A stretch of 64,000 bases of DNA from Rhizodiscina lignyota. Taxonomy: Eukaryota. Position 1 is the first letter of the stretch; every line of letters starts with the position of its first letter. Shown piece after piece: positions 37,104 to 49,901 of the stretch. The notes under the pieces were generated by a model. That model saw nothing but the letters and a program-made list of their open reading frames with translations. It was not told the origin of the DNA and ran no database searches. Location: positions 3,782,001-3,846,000 of the forward strand of contig ML978121.1 of NCBI GenBank assembly GCA_010015805.1. The letters are read 5' to 3'. The position numbers and the translations under genes are program-made.

Positions 37104-39505
37104 TCAAGCTGCTCTACAAACCATGCCTCGATATCTCTTTACTTCGCTTCCCCCAAGACTTCGCCTGTCTTCCACGATGGCCGTAAGAATGTATCTTACA
37201 GCATATGCATCCGATGTAGGTATTAAACTACTACAACCAAGAAAATAGCTGATTGAGTACTTCTTCCCGCTTGATACATCTCTTTCCGCAATGTCAGCCG
37301 CCGTCTCTCCAGTTTCACATACGATGCCCGTGTCAGCACCCGCTTTGACGAGCTCCTCCACGACACCCACACCGACACGCCCCATCTCGCGGTCAAATGG
37401 AGGGCGGTACCAACACCATGTTCGCACAGCTGATTCAGTTGGTCCGAGTCGTGGAACCATTTGTAGCAGCTCGTGCGTCAGAGAGCGATTCGTCTCCTCG
37501 TCGAATTCATCTAGCGATATCGGCGCTTCAGAAGAGTACTTCAGTCCGTTGGGCACCGCTGCGCAAACGTGTAGAGCAGTCATATCTCATTTCGGACCCA
37601 CGAGGAAGTCTGCCTTGCCGCTTTCGGCGGCGTCGCTTCTTGAGAGGATGTATTGCGGACCTTTGAAGGAGTTTCGAGCATTCATCAATGATGTGTCCAA
37701 GAACTGTGAGTGGAATGGAGCTGACAATAAGAGAAGACTTTGTGCTTGTTGCATTAATTAATGCACCGGGAGTCAGTAGAAGGGAGGCAGGGTTGAAGGC
37801 ATTCCTTACCACGGCCACGTTAAATGGTGTGTCGATAGAGTAGGCCTCTTCTCCGTCCACAGGCACGCCGGCGTCAAGAATGTCGTCGACGAGAGTCAAG
37901 TCGTCGTCATGCGCCTGATCGGCGAAGATGTGCAAGGCGGACCAAGCGCTGTCAGTTTCATCGTAAGGGTTTATCGCGAGTACACGAGCGTCTGCCACAT
38001 ATCTTTGTAGCAGACCAAATAGTGACGCCGATTCCAGCGCACGCTTTCAAGCAGCGGCGTTCGCCCAGTGGACCTCACAGGCTTGTTGATTTCGTCTATG
38101 CGCCATCTACTTCGCAAAAGGATCTCACAAACTTCATCGTGTTCTCCGCTGGCTGCACAATGAGGCAACGTCTCATTTGGGCCTCTTCGAGTCGTACTGA
38201 ATCTGATCCTTCCTGTTTTCCCTTGCAGCAGAGCGAGCGGTGACTTGAGCTGGTCGAGGTAATGTTCGCCGTTCCTGAATATCATTGAGAATTTATCGGC
38301 TGTATGAATGGACATTGTGACGAGCGGTTCGTCCATAACTGCATGTCGGATACCCCTCTCCACATTTGTTGTCATTAGGACTTCGGAAGTCCTTCCCAGA
38401 TGCTCAATGGTTAATTTGAGGCGTTCTGTATGATTGTAAAGAGCTGTCCATTCGCTCGGAGATGTATTGTCGCCAGTTTCAGTCCCGGTTAAGCGAAAGT
38501 TCGGATCAGCAACGTTGGCGGCAAGCCCTCTGAAGACATGTCAGTCAGTCCTCATATGTACGTCACTTCTGCTTACTTTCTTAAGTTTTCGACATGGCCA
38601 TACTTAAAGAGCCGTACGACCGAGGGTAAATCTCGATTTGTGGGATCCTTACTCAAGGTAAAATTGAACAATAGTTCCAGCGCCCTGAAGTATGACAATT
38701 CCCGGTAGCCATCACAGATGGTAGCAGCCAATGTTGGCTCAAAGGTGCCGTTTGATGCAATTCCTGGGGTTAGTGATTCCGGTAATGTGGACCTCGATCG
38801 ACTAAGATCGGGTTTGCCTTCTTCCGAAAGGCTTGACAAAGTTGCTGAGTGGCCACTAAATATTGATTTCGCATCAAAGAACCTCACCGTTAACCACTTC
38901 AGCAGCCAATTTTCAAAGATGGCCTACTTCGTGACATAATCGTTAGACCTGAGGCGATCGAAAGCAGAATATCGAAATTCGTCTAAGATATCATTCGGCA
39001 GCAACAGACTGAATGGATCCCGAACGTCGATTGTAATCGACCATGCTAGAAGACCAAATGAATAGATGTAGTTGTATTTGAGCATTTCTAATGAAACAAG
39101 AGAGAATGGCCCTGGAGTGCGCCATGTACTTGTACCGCCGATATACACATGCGGTGCCTCAGTCGATGGGATGATGGTGAAACCAAAATCTGCCAATTTC
39201 GGTATCAAAAGCCCCTCGTTATGCGAGCATATGATGATGTTTTCGGGTTTCATGTCTCCATGTACGACACCACTGTCATGTAACGCTAGAATACCATGAG
39301 CGATTCCAAGGGCCAGATCTTGCTTTACAGAATTGGACAGCGGGAGCATTCGCAGCTTGACATCAGCCAGTGTGCCTTTATCTCCATATTCCACAACAAG
39401 GACAGGGAGACGGAGAAAGGGATCGGCAAAATTGCTTCCCCATGCGAGCTCTAGAAATGAATGATATTGGGATGCTTTCGAAAGGGCGGATGCAGGAGTC
39501 TGGGA
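37104..39505 (-). pseudogene. Decayed protein kinase + ankyrin-repeat gene (5' truncated, multiple frameshifts)
   Basis: HPNII (~39465), LVVEYGDKGTL, HGDMKPENI, KLADFG and IYSFG. Ankyrin fragments (GRTPLLESVRWN, SALHIFAD, TPFNVAV, TALHVCA, GETAADIA) are spread over different frames. Confidence 0.8.
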
Positions 39506-39519
39506 ACCCCGTCAGGACG

Positions 39520-40568
39520 CTGTGGAGTTCCGACGGTCTAGTACTGTAGCAGGTTCGCCATTTCGTTTGGAGGAGACCCAGTAACGTGGAGCATGTCCCT
39601 AAACGACGAGAATTTCTCAGGAGGGTGGACCGCCTGTCGCACAGAAAGCTTAGCGAATTCGTGGCCATGCGCAAGAACCAATCCATGGGAATCGCGGGCT
39701 ATAACGGTGCAAGCGTCTTCTTGGAATGGAAAGCCATAGTACTTTCTTTGCGCAGCAAAATTCTACCAAGAGTGGAGAACCTTGCCAAACTGTTGAACGT
39801 ACTAAAGGGTAAAACATTTCAATCGCTCACTTGCAAAGGCATCTTGGAACAAGATGACAAAGTCGCCTTCGTCTTTCACCATCCCACGCCGGCTAGATCT
39901 GAGCTACCAGTCTCTCTGTTAGAACGCTTTTCTGCAAAATATGGGATCGAACCGCCAAGTCTGACAGCTCGTATTCAGCTTGCCTTACGCGTCACTGAAA
40001 CTGTCCGAAATTTCCATCTCACAGGATGGTCGCACAGAGCCTGCGCTCAGAGACCATCCTCCTCTTCCGGACAGACAACGATAGAAACGGCATCCCTATC
40101 ACAGATCCTGTGCTTGCTGAATTCAACTTTGCGGGTCTGGGCTCGCCAAGCGAGACCTCTGAGCACTCCTCTGGGAATCCTCAGCACGACATTTACAGGT
40201 ATCTGCATGCTATGTGTGAGCCGTCAGCGAATTTCGACGAACTCTTGGATGTCTACTCACTCGGCACAATTCTCGTAGAGATTGTCGAGTGGCGTGCGTT
40301 GCGGTATCTTGTGGATAGCGTTGTTGACGTCGGCGCGGACAATGTGCCTCTGAATCAGCTAGCGGGGGTGAGGCCTTCCTTGTTGAGCGGGAAAGGGAAG
40401 GGAGAGACTTCGAAATTGAAAGTGAAGACAGGAGACATACACACCGAGGTTCGCACAATGTGCCTCAGTGGGAAAGCTGGCGCGGAGAACGAAGACGAAA
40501 GAAATCTGGCGCTTCGGATAACCGTTCTTGACATCGTAGAGCGCCGATTACAGCAATGCAATATCTAA
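39520..40568 (+). pseudogene. Decayed fungal kinase-like domain gene of the type often found C-terminal to HeLo/prion-inhibition domains (5' truncated, frameshifted)
   Basis: RVENLAKLL, PPSLTARIQLA, GW-H-(K)SLRSETILLF (1-bp frameshift near 40036), DIYR and DVYSLGTILVEI.EW. No credible start or N-terminal domain is present. Confidence 0.65.
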
Positions 40569-41442
40569 CCCGAAGGCATCATATCTAGTCGCAATAATAG
40601 ATCCGAAGGCTCAGTATAGACCGAGTGAGTGTCCGAATCGCGCAGTCTCGAAGCTCTCATTCCCAATGAATCGATTGCATAATCAATCAATGTGGGTCTC
40701 AGAGGGTATCGCGAACACGCCACAGGCGGAAAGCACCTCCACAAACGACCTCAGTCCGAAGGGAACCTGGGCTTCTACTCATTGACTAGGAATTGCCGGC
40801 GTTGATAGTCTAGACAAAGCGGATGGATGGATGGTGGAAGATAAAGCTTGCCAAGAACAAGCGGAAATTTGCGCGCAGGCTGGGGTTAGATCCTCTGTTA
40901 AAATGTCCCCGTACGCGTACCGCAAGGTGCTTGGGCGGCGTCATTTAAAGAAGTTTCATCGCTTCTAGCGCCGACACTATAGACACCCAATATGAAGCGT
41001 GGCCGCGGCTGCCGCTTTCCGGACGGAGTTCTATCCTGCTCCTCTATCACAGCCCATGCTCTCGCTCTCTTGCTTGTCTGGATGACTGCAGCTCTACTCC
41101 GTATAGTCTGCACACGATGATCGCAGCCTGCTTGTCCCTTGCTATCGAGATCCCATGGAGATACGTCCTTTCGCTCTTATCAGACGTGATAGGGGAGCCA
41201 TCGCCGAAGGATCGTCGTTCATGGATGCTGTATACAGCCAACGAACGCGCTCGCAAGGCGCACGACAGGGCAGAACGAACAGTTGCATCGGTTGCGCGGT
41301 TTTGTTCTGAGCAGGTCTAGAGCGGGGATGCTCGTGTGAACATTCCGGGGTTGCGATAGATAAGTATAGTGTATTTCTTTGATAGATCCTGTCTGCGACT
41401 TTTTACGGCTTTCATCTTCTTGCCATTTGGATATAGACTGCC

Positions 41443-43125
41443 ATGGCGGACTTGAAAGAGAAGGAAATTGCTACAACTGGACTCCACCCTCGGGAACTCG
41501 ATGACGAGGAGCGACGAGCGGACTCGAAATGGAGAGGCAAATTCCACAACCTCCTCCATGGGCGGAACAACAACCTCAACGATCTGGGCAAGAACATGCT
41601 GGAGAAATCCCTCGAGTATGATGAAGCCCAATTGGAGCGGGATGCCCTCAAAGTTCGCCGCAAACTGGACTGGCTCGTTCTGCCGATGATGTGCTGTACG
41701 TACATGTTGAGCTTTCTGGATAAGCAGACCCTCAACTACTCCAACGCGTACGGCCTGCAAGAAGATACGCACATGACTGGCGATGACTACTCTTGGGTCG
41801 CTTCATCTGCGTACTTTGGCTGGTTGATTGCTGCCTATCCATGGAATTTGGCACTACAAAGGTATCCGATCGGTAGAATAATAGGCTTTATGCTTTTCGT
41901 TTGGGGCACGCTATGCATGCTGCAAGCCACAATCTTCAACTTCAGCGGCTTCTTTGCGATTCGATTCTTTATGGGTATGGCCGAGGCCTGTATCTCGCCA
42001 GCTTTTGTTCTCCTGACTTCACTGCTTTGGACGAGAGAGGAGCAGAGTTTTCGGAGTTCTATTTGGTTATCGACTAATGGGTTTACATCCATCATCGGAG
42101 CTCTGCTCTCTTACGGGACTGGCCATGCGCATAACTTGATCATACCAAACTGGAAGCTGATCTATTTGGTAAGGAGTCTCGTCGTGCTCGTGCTCAAGCT
42201 CTGACTGCTGTTCCAGGTCGTCGGTGCTCTAACTTTTATTTGGGGCTTCGTTATCATCATGTATCTCCCAGACGGCCCTCACAACGCCAAAATGCTGAAC
42301 GAATACGAGCGCATCGTCGGTGTCTGGAGGGTTGCCAAGAACCAAATTGGTCTCAAAGAGCGCAAGATTCGATTGTACCAAGTGACGGAGGCGTTACTCG
42401 ACGGCCGCTCGTGGCTTCTCTGGGGCACCGGCGCCTGCGTTGGTATGCTTAATGGTGCTGTCGCCAACTTCATGTCGTCCATCATCAAGGGATTTGGATT
42501 TGATCCGTTGCAAACGACCTTGCTCCAGACACCCGGTGGTGCGTTTGAGTTCTTCGGCTGCTGGTTTTTCGGGTGGCTCTCCGCTTATCCGAATATGGTC
42601 GGCCCTTCAATCATCATTAGTTCTCTGCCTGGCATGGCTGGTCTAATCGGAATACTGACGATCAGTATCGAACATCGATACGCTCTCCTCGGTATGGCGT
42701 GGATGCAGAATGTCCTTGGTGCCCCGCTCGTACTCAGCTGGACTGTTCCTGGCTTGAATATTGCCGGCCATACGAAGAGGTCTTTCGTGATTGGCGTCTA
42801 CTTTGCGTATGTAGAGACATTGTCTCTAGTATGAGGGAAGGAAATATTGACTGACGCATCTTCTAGTCTGTTCTGTGCTGGGGACATTGCCAGCCCTCAC
42901 CTCTTCCTGCCCTCTGAGGCGCCACGTTATCGGACCGCCATCATAGGGCTGCTTGGCACTTATGCTGCACTCATCGTACTCCAAGTAGTTTATACCGGAT
43001 GGTGTTGGATTGAGAATAAGAGGAGAGATAAGCTGGGGTTGCATGGAGAGATGGAAGAAGAGCTGCTTGAAGGCTTTGACGATTTGACTGACAAGCAAAA
43101 CAAGCATTTCAGATATCAAATCTGA
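41443..43125 (+). CDS. MFS anion:cation symporter family (allantoate permease DAL5-like) transporter
   Basis: RRKLDWLVLP, LSFLDKQTLNYS, RFFMGMAEACISP, WTREEQ, NIAGHTKR and DLTDKQNKHFRY. Introns 42169-42216 and 42807-42866. Confidence 0.9.
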
Positions 43126-44125
43126 AGACGGGGTTATGCTTAAGAGAATATTCGATGAAATGATGACTGGTATAAGAAGCGTCTCATTGCCAGTAGATGC
43201 CGGTTGCTACTCGATGTTCTTCAGTAAACCTCCGGTCAAACAGGTTTAGGTCAGGAGAGCAACTCAGTCCAAATTCTCGTGCAATTGTAGGTACTATAGA
43301 GCTTATCACGTGATCGAGGATGCGACGGGAACGGCGCGGCTTTTGAACAGCATCGTTTCTGTAATCCAGCCACAAACAAAGTACACAAAGTGTGAAAAGT
43401 TTCCTGTTACCATATAAGCTCTAGAGAATGTAGAGTTGAGTTTTCAGAGATGGTCTTGGTCCTTCTGCATTCCCCTACTCCTGAGCCTTGCCAGCTCGAT
43501 CTTTCAGTCAGGAGGTGCGAAGGAAGACAGAGCCTACATCAACTCTTTCAGTTCGACATGGTTCGGTAATTTCAAAACGAACTCGGAGTTCTCCATAAGA
43601 TACAAATAAATGAGGCATATGGCTGCATAAAACCACCCACTTTCATCAACACTCTGAGACCTTGATCTGTTCGCCAGGAGCCACTGTTCACGGTTCGAAC
43701 GTCACCATCTTCCCAAACCATCTCATTCTGAAGACTGAACGATCATCTCCGTCCGACAAGGAAGCATTCATGTCAAAGTTGGGCCTTCTCCGCGGTCCAA
43801 ATAAGAACTGGTAAGTGCGCCCCGCATCCACCAATAAACGTGCACGATAAAGCTGCTTGCGTGATCGGCAACCAAAAAAATCGTACCCGAGAAAGAACGA
43901 CCATTTCCGATGCACTTCTTATTGCCATCTCAATCTCACCATCATGTATTTGCAGCATCTATCCTCTCCTCACTCATATTCCTCTACTCGAGATCGAGAT
44001 CGCATCCTCTTTGTGCTACCTCTGAGGGACGGCGGATGAAAGAGACCCGATCTGCCCCCACCAAGGAGACTCTTCACTGACTGACGCCTGCATCGTGTTT
44101 GAATGAATAATCTGGAACCTCAATC

Positions 44126-46089
44126 ATGAGCCCTGCACTTCTCACAGCCGTTGAATCAACAGGCCATGTACACCTCATCGTAGGGTCGAATCCTCTCGCA
44201 GGAGCACGCTGCGCAAAGTCCATCGAAGTTGGTGCGAGGCCAAAGCTCCTCGCGCCTGCAGACTCCGATCTTCCCTATACATTGGCAAAGAGAATAGAAG
44301 ATGGCCAAGTAGAATGGGTCAAGCGAGACTTCAACGACGAAGATCTCACGACTTTGGGCCGGGAGGAGGTGGATCATGTCGCTGATGCTGTTTTTGTGAC
44401 GCTGGGTGGCGATCATACCTTGAGTAAGCTATTGTCTCAATCGATGGTATTGTTATTGAGGTATTGACAATACAATCAGGCTCTCGTATATCCCAGCTCT
44501 GCCGCCACCTCCGAATTCCCGTGAACGTAAGCGATGCTCCCTCCCTGTGCACCTTTACACTTCTCTCCACGCATACCGCTGGCCCGCTGCAGATCGGTGT
44601 AACAACTTCTGGCAAAGGGTGCCATCTATCGAGTCGTATAAGGCGAGAAATTGTGTCAAGTCTCCCACCAGATCTTGGTGCAGCGGTGGAACGCCTGGGA
44701 ACATTGAGGAGACGGATATGGGAGGAGGACCGTGCGAAGGAGGTGGGCGTGAACGGAGATCGAGGTACAGAGGCAGTTGAAGATGAGGATGCTGGGCAAA
44801 CGAGCCAGTTCAACAGACTTGTTCGACCTGAAGATTTTGAAGTGGCAAAGACGCGCCGCATGCGATGGCTCCAGCAGATCTGCGAGTACTGGCCGCTCCG
44901 ACGGTTGGCGTCCATAACCGATGCAGACGTGGATGCTGTGTTGGAAGCATATAGCACCAGGAGTTCATCCAACACCTCTGTTGAACCAGCTCTTCCACCA
45001 TCACTTGCTTCCTCAACCCCAGAATATCCGAAACTGAAAGGCAGGATCATCCTCGCCGGATCCGGCCCTGGGCATCCCTCCCTTCTCACCCTCGCAACCC
45101 TTCGTGCCATCCAGACCGCCGACCTCATCCTGGCAGACAAACTCGTCCCTGCGCCCATCCTGCAACTCATCCCGCGCCGCACAACGGTCCACATCGCGCG
45201 CAAGTTCCCCGGCAATGCCGACGCCGCTCAAGATGAACTTCTCTCCCTTGGCTTCACAGGTCTGCAAGCTGGCCAGACGGTCTTACGCCTGAAACAAGGC
45301 GATCCATTCCTGTATGGTCGCGGAGCAGAGGAGGTGAGCTGGTTTCGCGAGAGAGGGTATGAGAGCGTTGTGCTGCCGGGGGTGACGAGTGCGTTGAGCG
45401 GGCCGCTGTTTTGTGGGATTCCGGTGACGCATCGTGCTGTGAGTGGGGAGGTGTTGGTCTGTACGGGGACAGGGAGGAAGGGTGCAGCACCAGTGCCGCC
45501 GTCGTATCGCGAGGGACGGACGGTTGTGTGGTTGATGGCGCTGCATCGCGTCGAGGCGCTGGTTGAGTCGCTCGTGAGCGGACCGAAAGCTGAAGCCGCA
45601 AAAGGTGAAGATGCAACGAAAGAAGGAAGTAATGATTCCGCCGACATCGCGGAGGACGAGAAAGGGCATGGCGACGCTGTGAACGGCGAGAAGAACAGTT
45701 GCGCGAATGGGATAAACAACGAGAGAGAGAAAGAGAAAGGAGATTCAGAACGCGTACGACGCGCTCAATCCCACTTAGAGCGATTCAAATGCTGGCCTCG
45801 AAGCACGCCGTGCGCGGTTATCGAGCGCGCTTCCTGTCCTGACCAGCGCGTAATCCGCACGACGCTTGAGCATGTCGCGCATGCTGTAGAAGAGTGTGGT
45901 AGTCGGCCACCGGGTTTGCTGGTAGCGGGCAAAGCGTGTGAAGTGCTGCATGCTCCCGAGCAGGGCAAGTTGTGGACGGTTGAGGAAGGGCTGGGAGCAT
46001 TTGGAGAATGGGCAAATGAAACTGCCAGTGGAGCTTGGGGAATGGGAGTCGGGTTGAGCTCGGAGACGATTGAAGGGCGCAAGAGTTGA
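44126..46089 (+). CDS. MET1: Uroporphyrinogen-III C-methyltransferase / siroheme synthase (Met8-like N-terminus + Met1 domain)
   Basis: HLIVGSNPLA, IPVNVSDAP, RRMRWLQQICEYWP, LAGSGPGHPSLLT, LRLKQGDPFLYGRG and ERASCPDQR. Intron 44424-44479. Confidence 0.92.
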
Positions 46090-46818
46090 GTTGTAGTGGT
46101 CTGCTCGCGGTGCTCCGCCGTGTGAAGCGGAGGGCGTCGCCACGTGCAAAAGACGAAATGGTGCACACAAGAGACGGCACAGGAGACTGTTTCTGGGCGC
46201 TATCACAGCAAGAGGAGACGATTGAATCAAGAGCCGAGTGAATTGTGCTAAAGCTACTCGTCTGTTATGGTAACAGCTGGAAGACGCTGTCCGCTCGTCG
46301 TCGTCGCTGGACTGAACGAGGATTTCACTGCAGCCAATGGAGGGTGGCCTCGCGTGTTCCTGCTCTGCGGCCGTGGTCATGCGCTGTCCACGAGGGCCGC
46401 ACGCCGAAGCTTGAGTGACGCGATGCCTCATTTCCCCGTCGCTCCTTCCTCACGTCGTCCTGCTCGGACCCACAATTCCGCGACGACCCCTGTCAGTACT
46501 TAAATGCTCCCTTCACTCTTCCACTTTCCTTCCTCTTCTTCACCTTCTCACCCACTCTCTCCGCCATTTGGCTTCCGTTGCACCGCATCGCGAATTCATT
46601 TGCGCGCTTCGTCCTTTGCTCTCTCGCGACAGGCGCCGACCTGCTCGCAATCGTCTGCAGCACTTTCGCACTCAAAGTAAGTGCCTCTTCACCAAATTCA
46701 CTCATCCGGCGCTTTGCGCTTCAACACTAACTCAAGTCGCAGTCGCTCCGCCGCGCTTCACGCGGTGCAACTGTCAAGCTCGTCACCTCGCAACTCTTGC
46801 TATCGCGAGTCTTGCGCA

Positions 46819-49642
46819 ATGGCTGATCAACGTTGGGTTGACGACCCCTTCACCACGCCTGACCGCGGCACGGTGCTTATGCCTGGTTTGGCTCGGGGCA
46901 ACACTCCTGGAGATGGAGGCTCGCCGGAGACGCCTCTTCCTGGTCTTGGAGTTGAGATTCCACGTACGTTCCATCTTTTCTTCTTCCCTTCACCATGCTT
47001 TCGACGCTTTGGCCTTATCGTTGCCCTACTTTATCTTTCCGCCACACGTCCGAATTTCAGTTTTTGCGACCATCGCACATTTCAAGTGAAGTGTCGTCCA
47101 ATTTGTGCCAAGACCCTAACCCTAATCAACACCCCCAACCCCAACCCCTACCAAATTTCGCCAAGACTCGTTTGGACATTTGATCGATCCTTTTCATCCC
47201 ACCTCATCATCACTACATTCTTCTTCCATCTCTATCATCTTTGGCCTTGAATATACCATTGTCTACCACATGGTTTGCTCTAACTCTTGTTCCAGTCGAG
47301 TCCCCCAAAGGTGGATTCCCGCGCTCCGCCGATGATGACACGAAGAGTTGTTTCGATCCCTGTAAGTCCCGGTCCTTCTTAACTCCCGAGCTATCTGTTC
47401 CTACGCTAAACACAGTACGCCTTCGTAGCCTCTTCTCCCCTGCTTCCCCCCGAGGAACTCCCCAAGGGCCTGAGGTTCCGCCGTACTCTGAGTCTGCGAT
47501 CGGTAACTCCCGAAGCAGGTGAGTCCCTTATCTTCCTCGTCCGTCCTAATCATTCCTGCTAATAGCAAAATGCAGACCTCTGCTCTTCAGCTTCTTCAGA
47601 TCACATTCAAGATTCTTCTGTACGTTCTGATGGCTACCATTCCGATAAGGATTCTTTTACGTCAGATGCAGCAAAAACGGGTGAAAATGGCTCCGGATCG
47701 GGCCCTCCCAACCCTCCGTCATCGGACGAGGCAGACGCTGAGGAAAATGCTGGCATGGAAGATGACGATACAGAAATGGTTGATCAAGTGGCCCAAGCAT
47801 TTGTCGAGGAGTTGACCCAGGAGCGAGCTCAAAACGATGAAGACGTGGGAATCACTCCACAGAATGCTCAATCAGTCCTGTCGGCAAAAGCCTGTCTCTT
47901 TGTTGCCAAGTAAGTTGGATCGAACTGTATGATGCTGATCGTACTGACAATGGCAGTCTCCCCAAATATGCTTCCGATGCTGAGTTGCACAATGCTCTGG
48001 CTCTGCTCTTCGAAAGCTTCGGACAATGCTGGATTAAGGTCCATCGACGCAATGAGATCCCATGTGCTTTTGTTCAGTATAGGGTAATCCGCCATCATCT
48101 TCTATCGACCAATGTCCAGTACTGACATGAATATCAGGACGAACAAATCGCTGAGTTCGCTCTGCGCGCTGCTCGAGGAGCCGTGGTCATCGGTCGTCCG
48201 TGCCGCACCGAGTTTGCACGTGCTCCCCGTGAGTTGCTTCCATACCGAATGTATTGGGGGTTCCAGTGCTAACAGTCGACCAAGGCTCTCTCTACGTCAC
48301 TCGTCGTGATGGCCAAGTTCCTAGCCAGGAAGAAATCATGGAGCTCCTCTCGCCATACGGGGCTGTCCAGGAGGTTGTCATGCCAACCCCAACCGACCTC
48401 GAGAACAACAACCTTCCACCTGGTGGATGGGGCAGATTCGAGATCTACGGCAACTGCAGGGATGCCATTCACGTAAGCCATTGCTCTATCGACACGACTG
48501 TACGACTTTGCTAACATTTTCACAGGAGCTCAGGGACAACGACACTTACCATGTACGCCTGTTGAGGGAGCCTGGAAACACGTGGCGCCCAAAGCCGAGC
48601 CTCTTCGTCAATGTAGGACTTCACAAGTGCATGCAGGCCAACACCAGTGAGATTCAGAACATTCATCTCCGGTTTCTCCCGCCAGAGTTGGCCGAAGCGG
48701 ACCTTCGCGAGAAGTTCAATGGATATGGAACGATCCTTAATGTCACCATGTTCCAATCACACAAGCGGACTGATCTTCTTGAAGGTGTCATTTCTTACAG
48801 CCACTTCAGGGAAGCTGAACTTGCTGTCAACAACGAGGTCTGTTCTTCTGCAGCTCCAAGTCATAACCTTGTAAATCACTGACAAAGAGCAGGACAATCT
48901 CCACATTCGACAAGGCAGGAGCCTTCATCGGGTCAGCGTGTTCTATCATTTCCACAATGAAGATGTTCAAGGTACCTGGTATCATGGCCAGCCCGTTCCG
49001 GCTCCTCTCAACTTTCAACCCTTCTGGGTTCGTGGTAATCCGATCATCGGTGGCGTTGCACTGCAGCCTGCTTATGCTGGAATGCCTGGCGCCCTCCCTT
49101 ATGTCGTTGGGGATCCCACCAACGCGCAGAACGCGACGTTCATTCAACAGCCGGCCCCCAACGCATACACCATGCCTGTCATCATGCCGCAAACCCCTTT
49201 CGTCCAGGAGCCCGTTCAGGGGCCAGTTCATGATCCCAAGGCCACGGATATGGCAAACTTCGTCTATGTCGATAGCCCCGCGACAAGAACCATGCGTCCG
49301 CGTGGAACCAAGGGCGGTAACCACAAGAGTAGAGCCAACCAACGTCGCATGGCATGGCAAGCTCATGGCTATGAGGATTCGCCTGCTCCCCAGTATCACG
49401 GCGACCAGGGTCCCTTCTACTACTATCCCGATGGCCGGTACGACAATCCGTTCAAGGCAAAGCACCCCGATGGCGGCAGAGGGGAGAACATCTTCAGTGA
49501 CAGGAATCCCAATGGCCGTCAGGAGCGTGATCAGTATCGTCTTGGTGGCGTCATGAGCGGCCGAGTTCAGAAGACTCCATCGCCTCACACTAACCCTCGT
49601 GACCCGCGCTCCACCATGCAGCAAATGCAGCGATTCTTGTAA
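46819..49642 (+). CDS. RIM4: Multi-RRM RNA-binding protein, Rim4-like, with low-complexity C-terminus
   Basis: Spliced exons give ACLFVA..., PCAFVQY and GRPCRTEFARA..LYV (resembling Rim4 RRM1), followed by two further RRMs. About 8 introns, including 46964-47295, 47362-47415, 47519-47565 and 47910-47957. Orthology is not verified. Confidence 0.65.
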
Positions 49643-49786
49643 ATGCAGCCTCGGGCATACCTTACGATCATGATCCCCCAACAACACCGACGGTACTTCT
49701 TTAAGGATTCTTCTTCAACCGGCTAAACTTCTTTCTGATAGTCGCACGACGCGCGACTGTCGACAATTGTCTTTCGATTCGCCTGC

Positions 49787-49901
49787 GGACTGATGTCCTG
49801 TTCTCCCCATACGACATGCACCTGGATTTGTTCACTTTCGATTCACCTTCGGACTACTGACGTCCTATTCTCTCATACGACATGCACCTGGATTTTTTCA
49901 C
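49787..49901 (+). repeat. Imperfect ~50-bp direct repeat in the RIM4-like 3' UTR
   Basis: Two copies of ctga(t/c)gtcct(g/a)ttctc..catacgacatgcacctggattt(g/t)ttcac, about 66 bp apart. Confidence 0.85.

Noticed and set aside
37104..40568. RIP as the cause of the kinase pseudogene decay
   Set aside because: The visible lesions are mostly indels and truncation, and the region is not strongly AT-rich. RIP indices were not computed.
47114..47152. Telomere-like ccctaaccctaa / ccccaa run in the first intron of the RIM4-like gene
   Set aside because: Only two exact units are present within a C-rich intron, too short to call an interstitial telomere.
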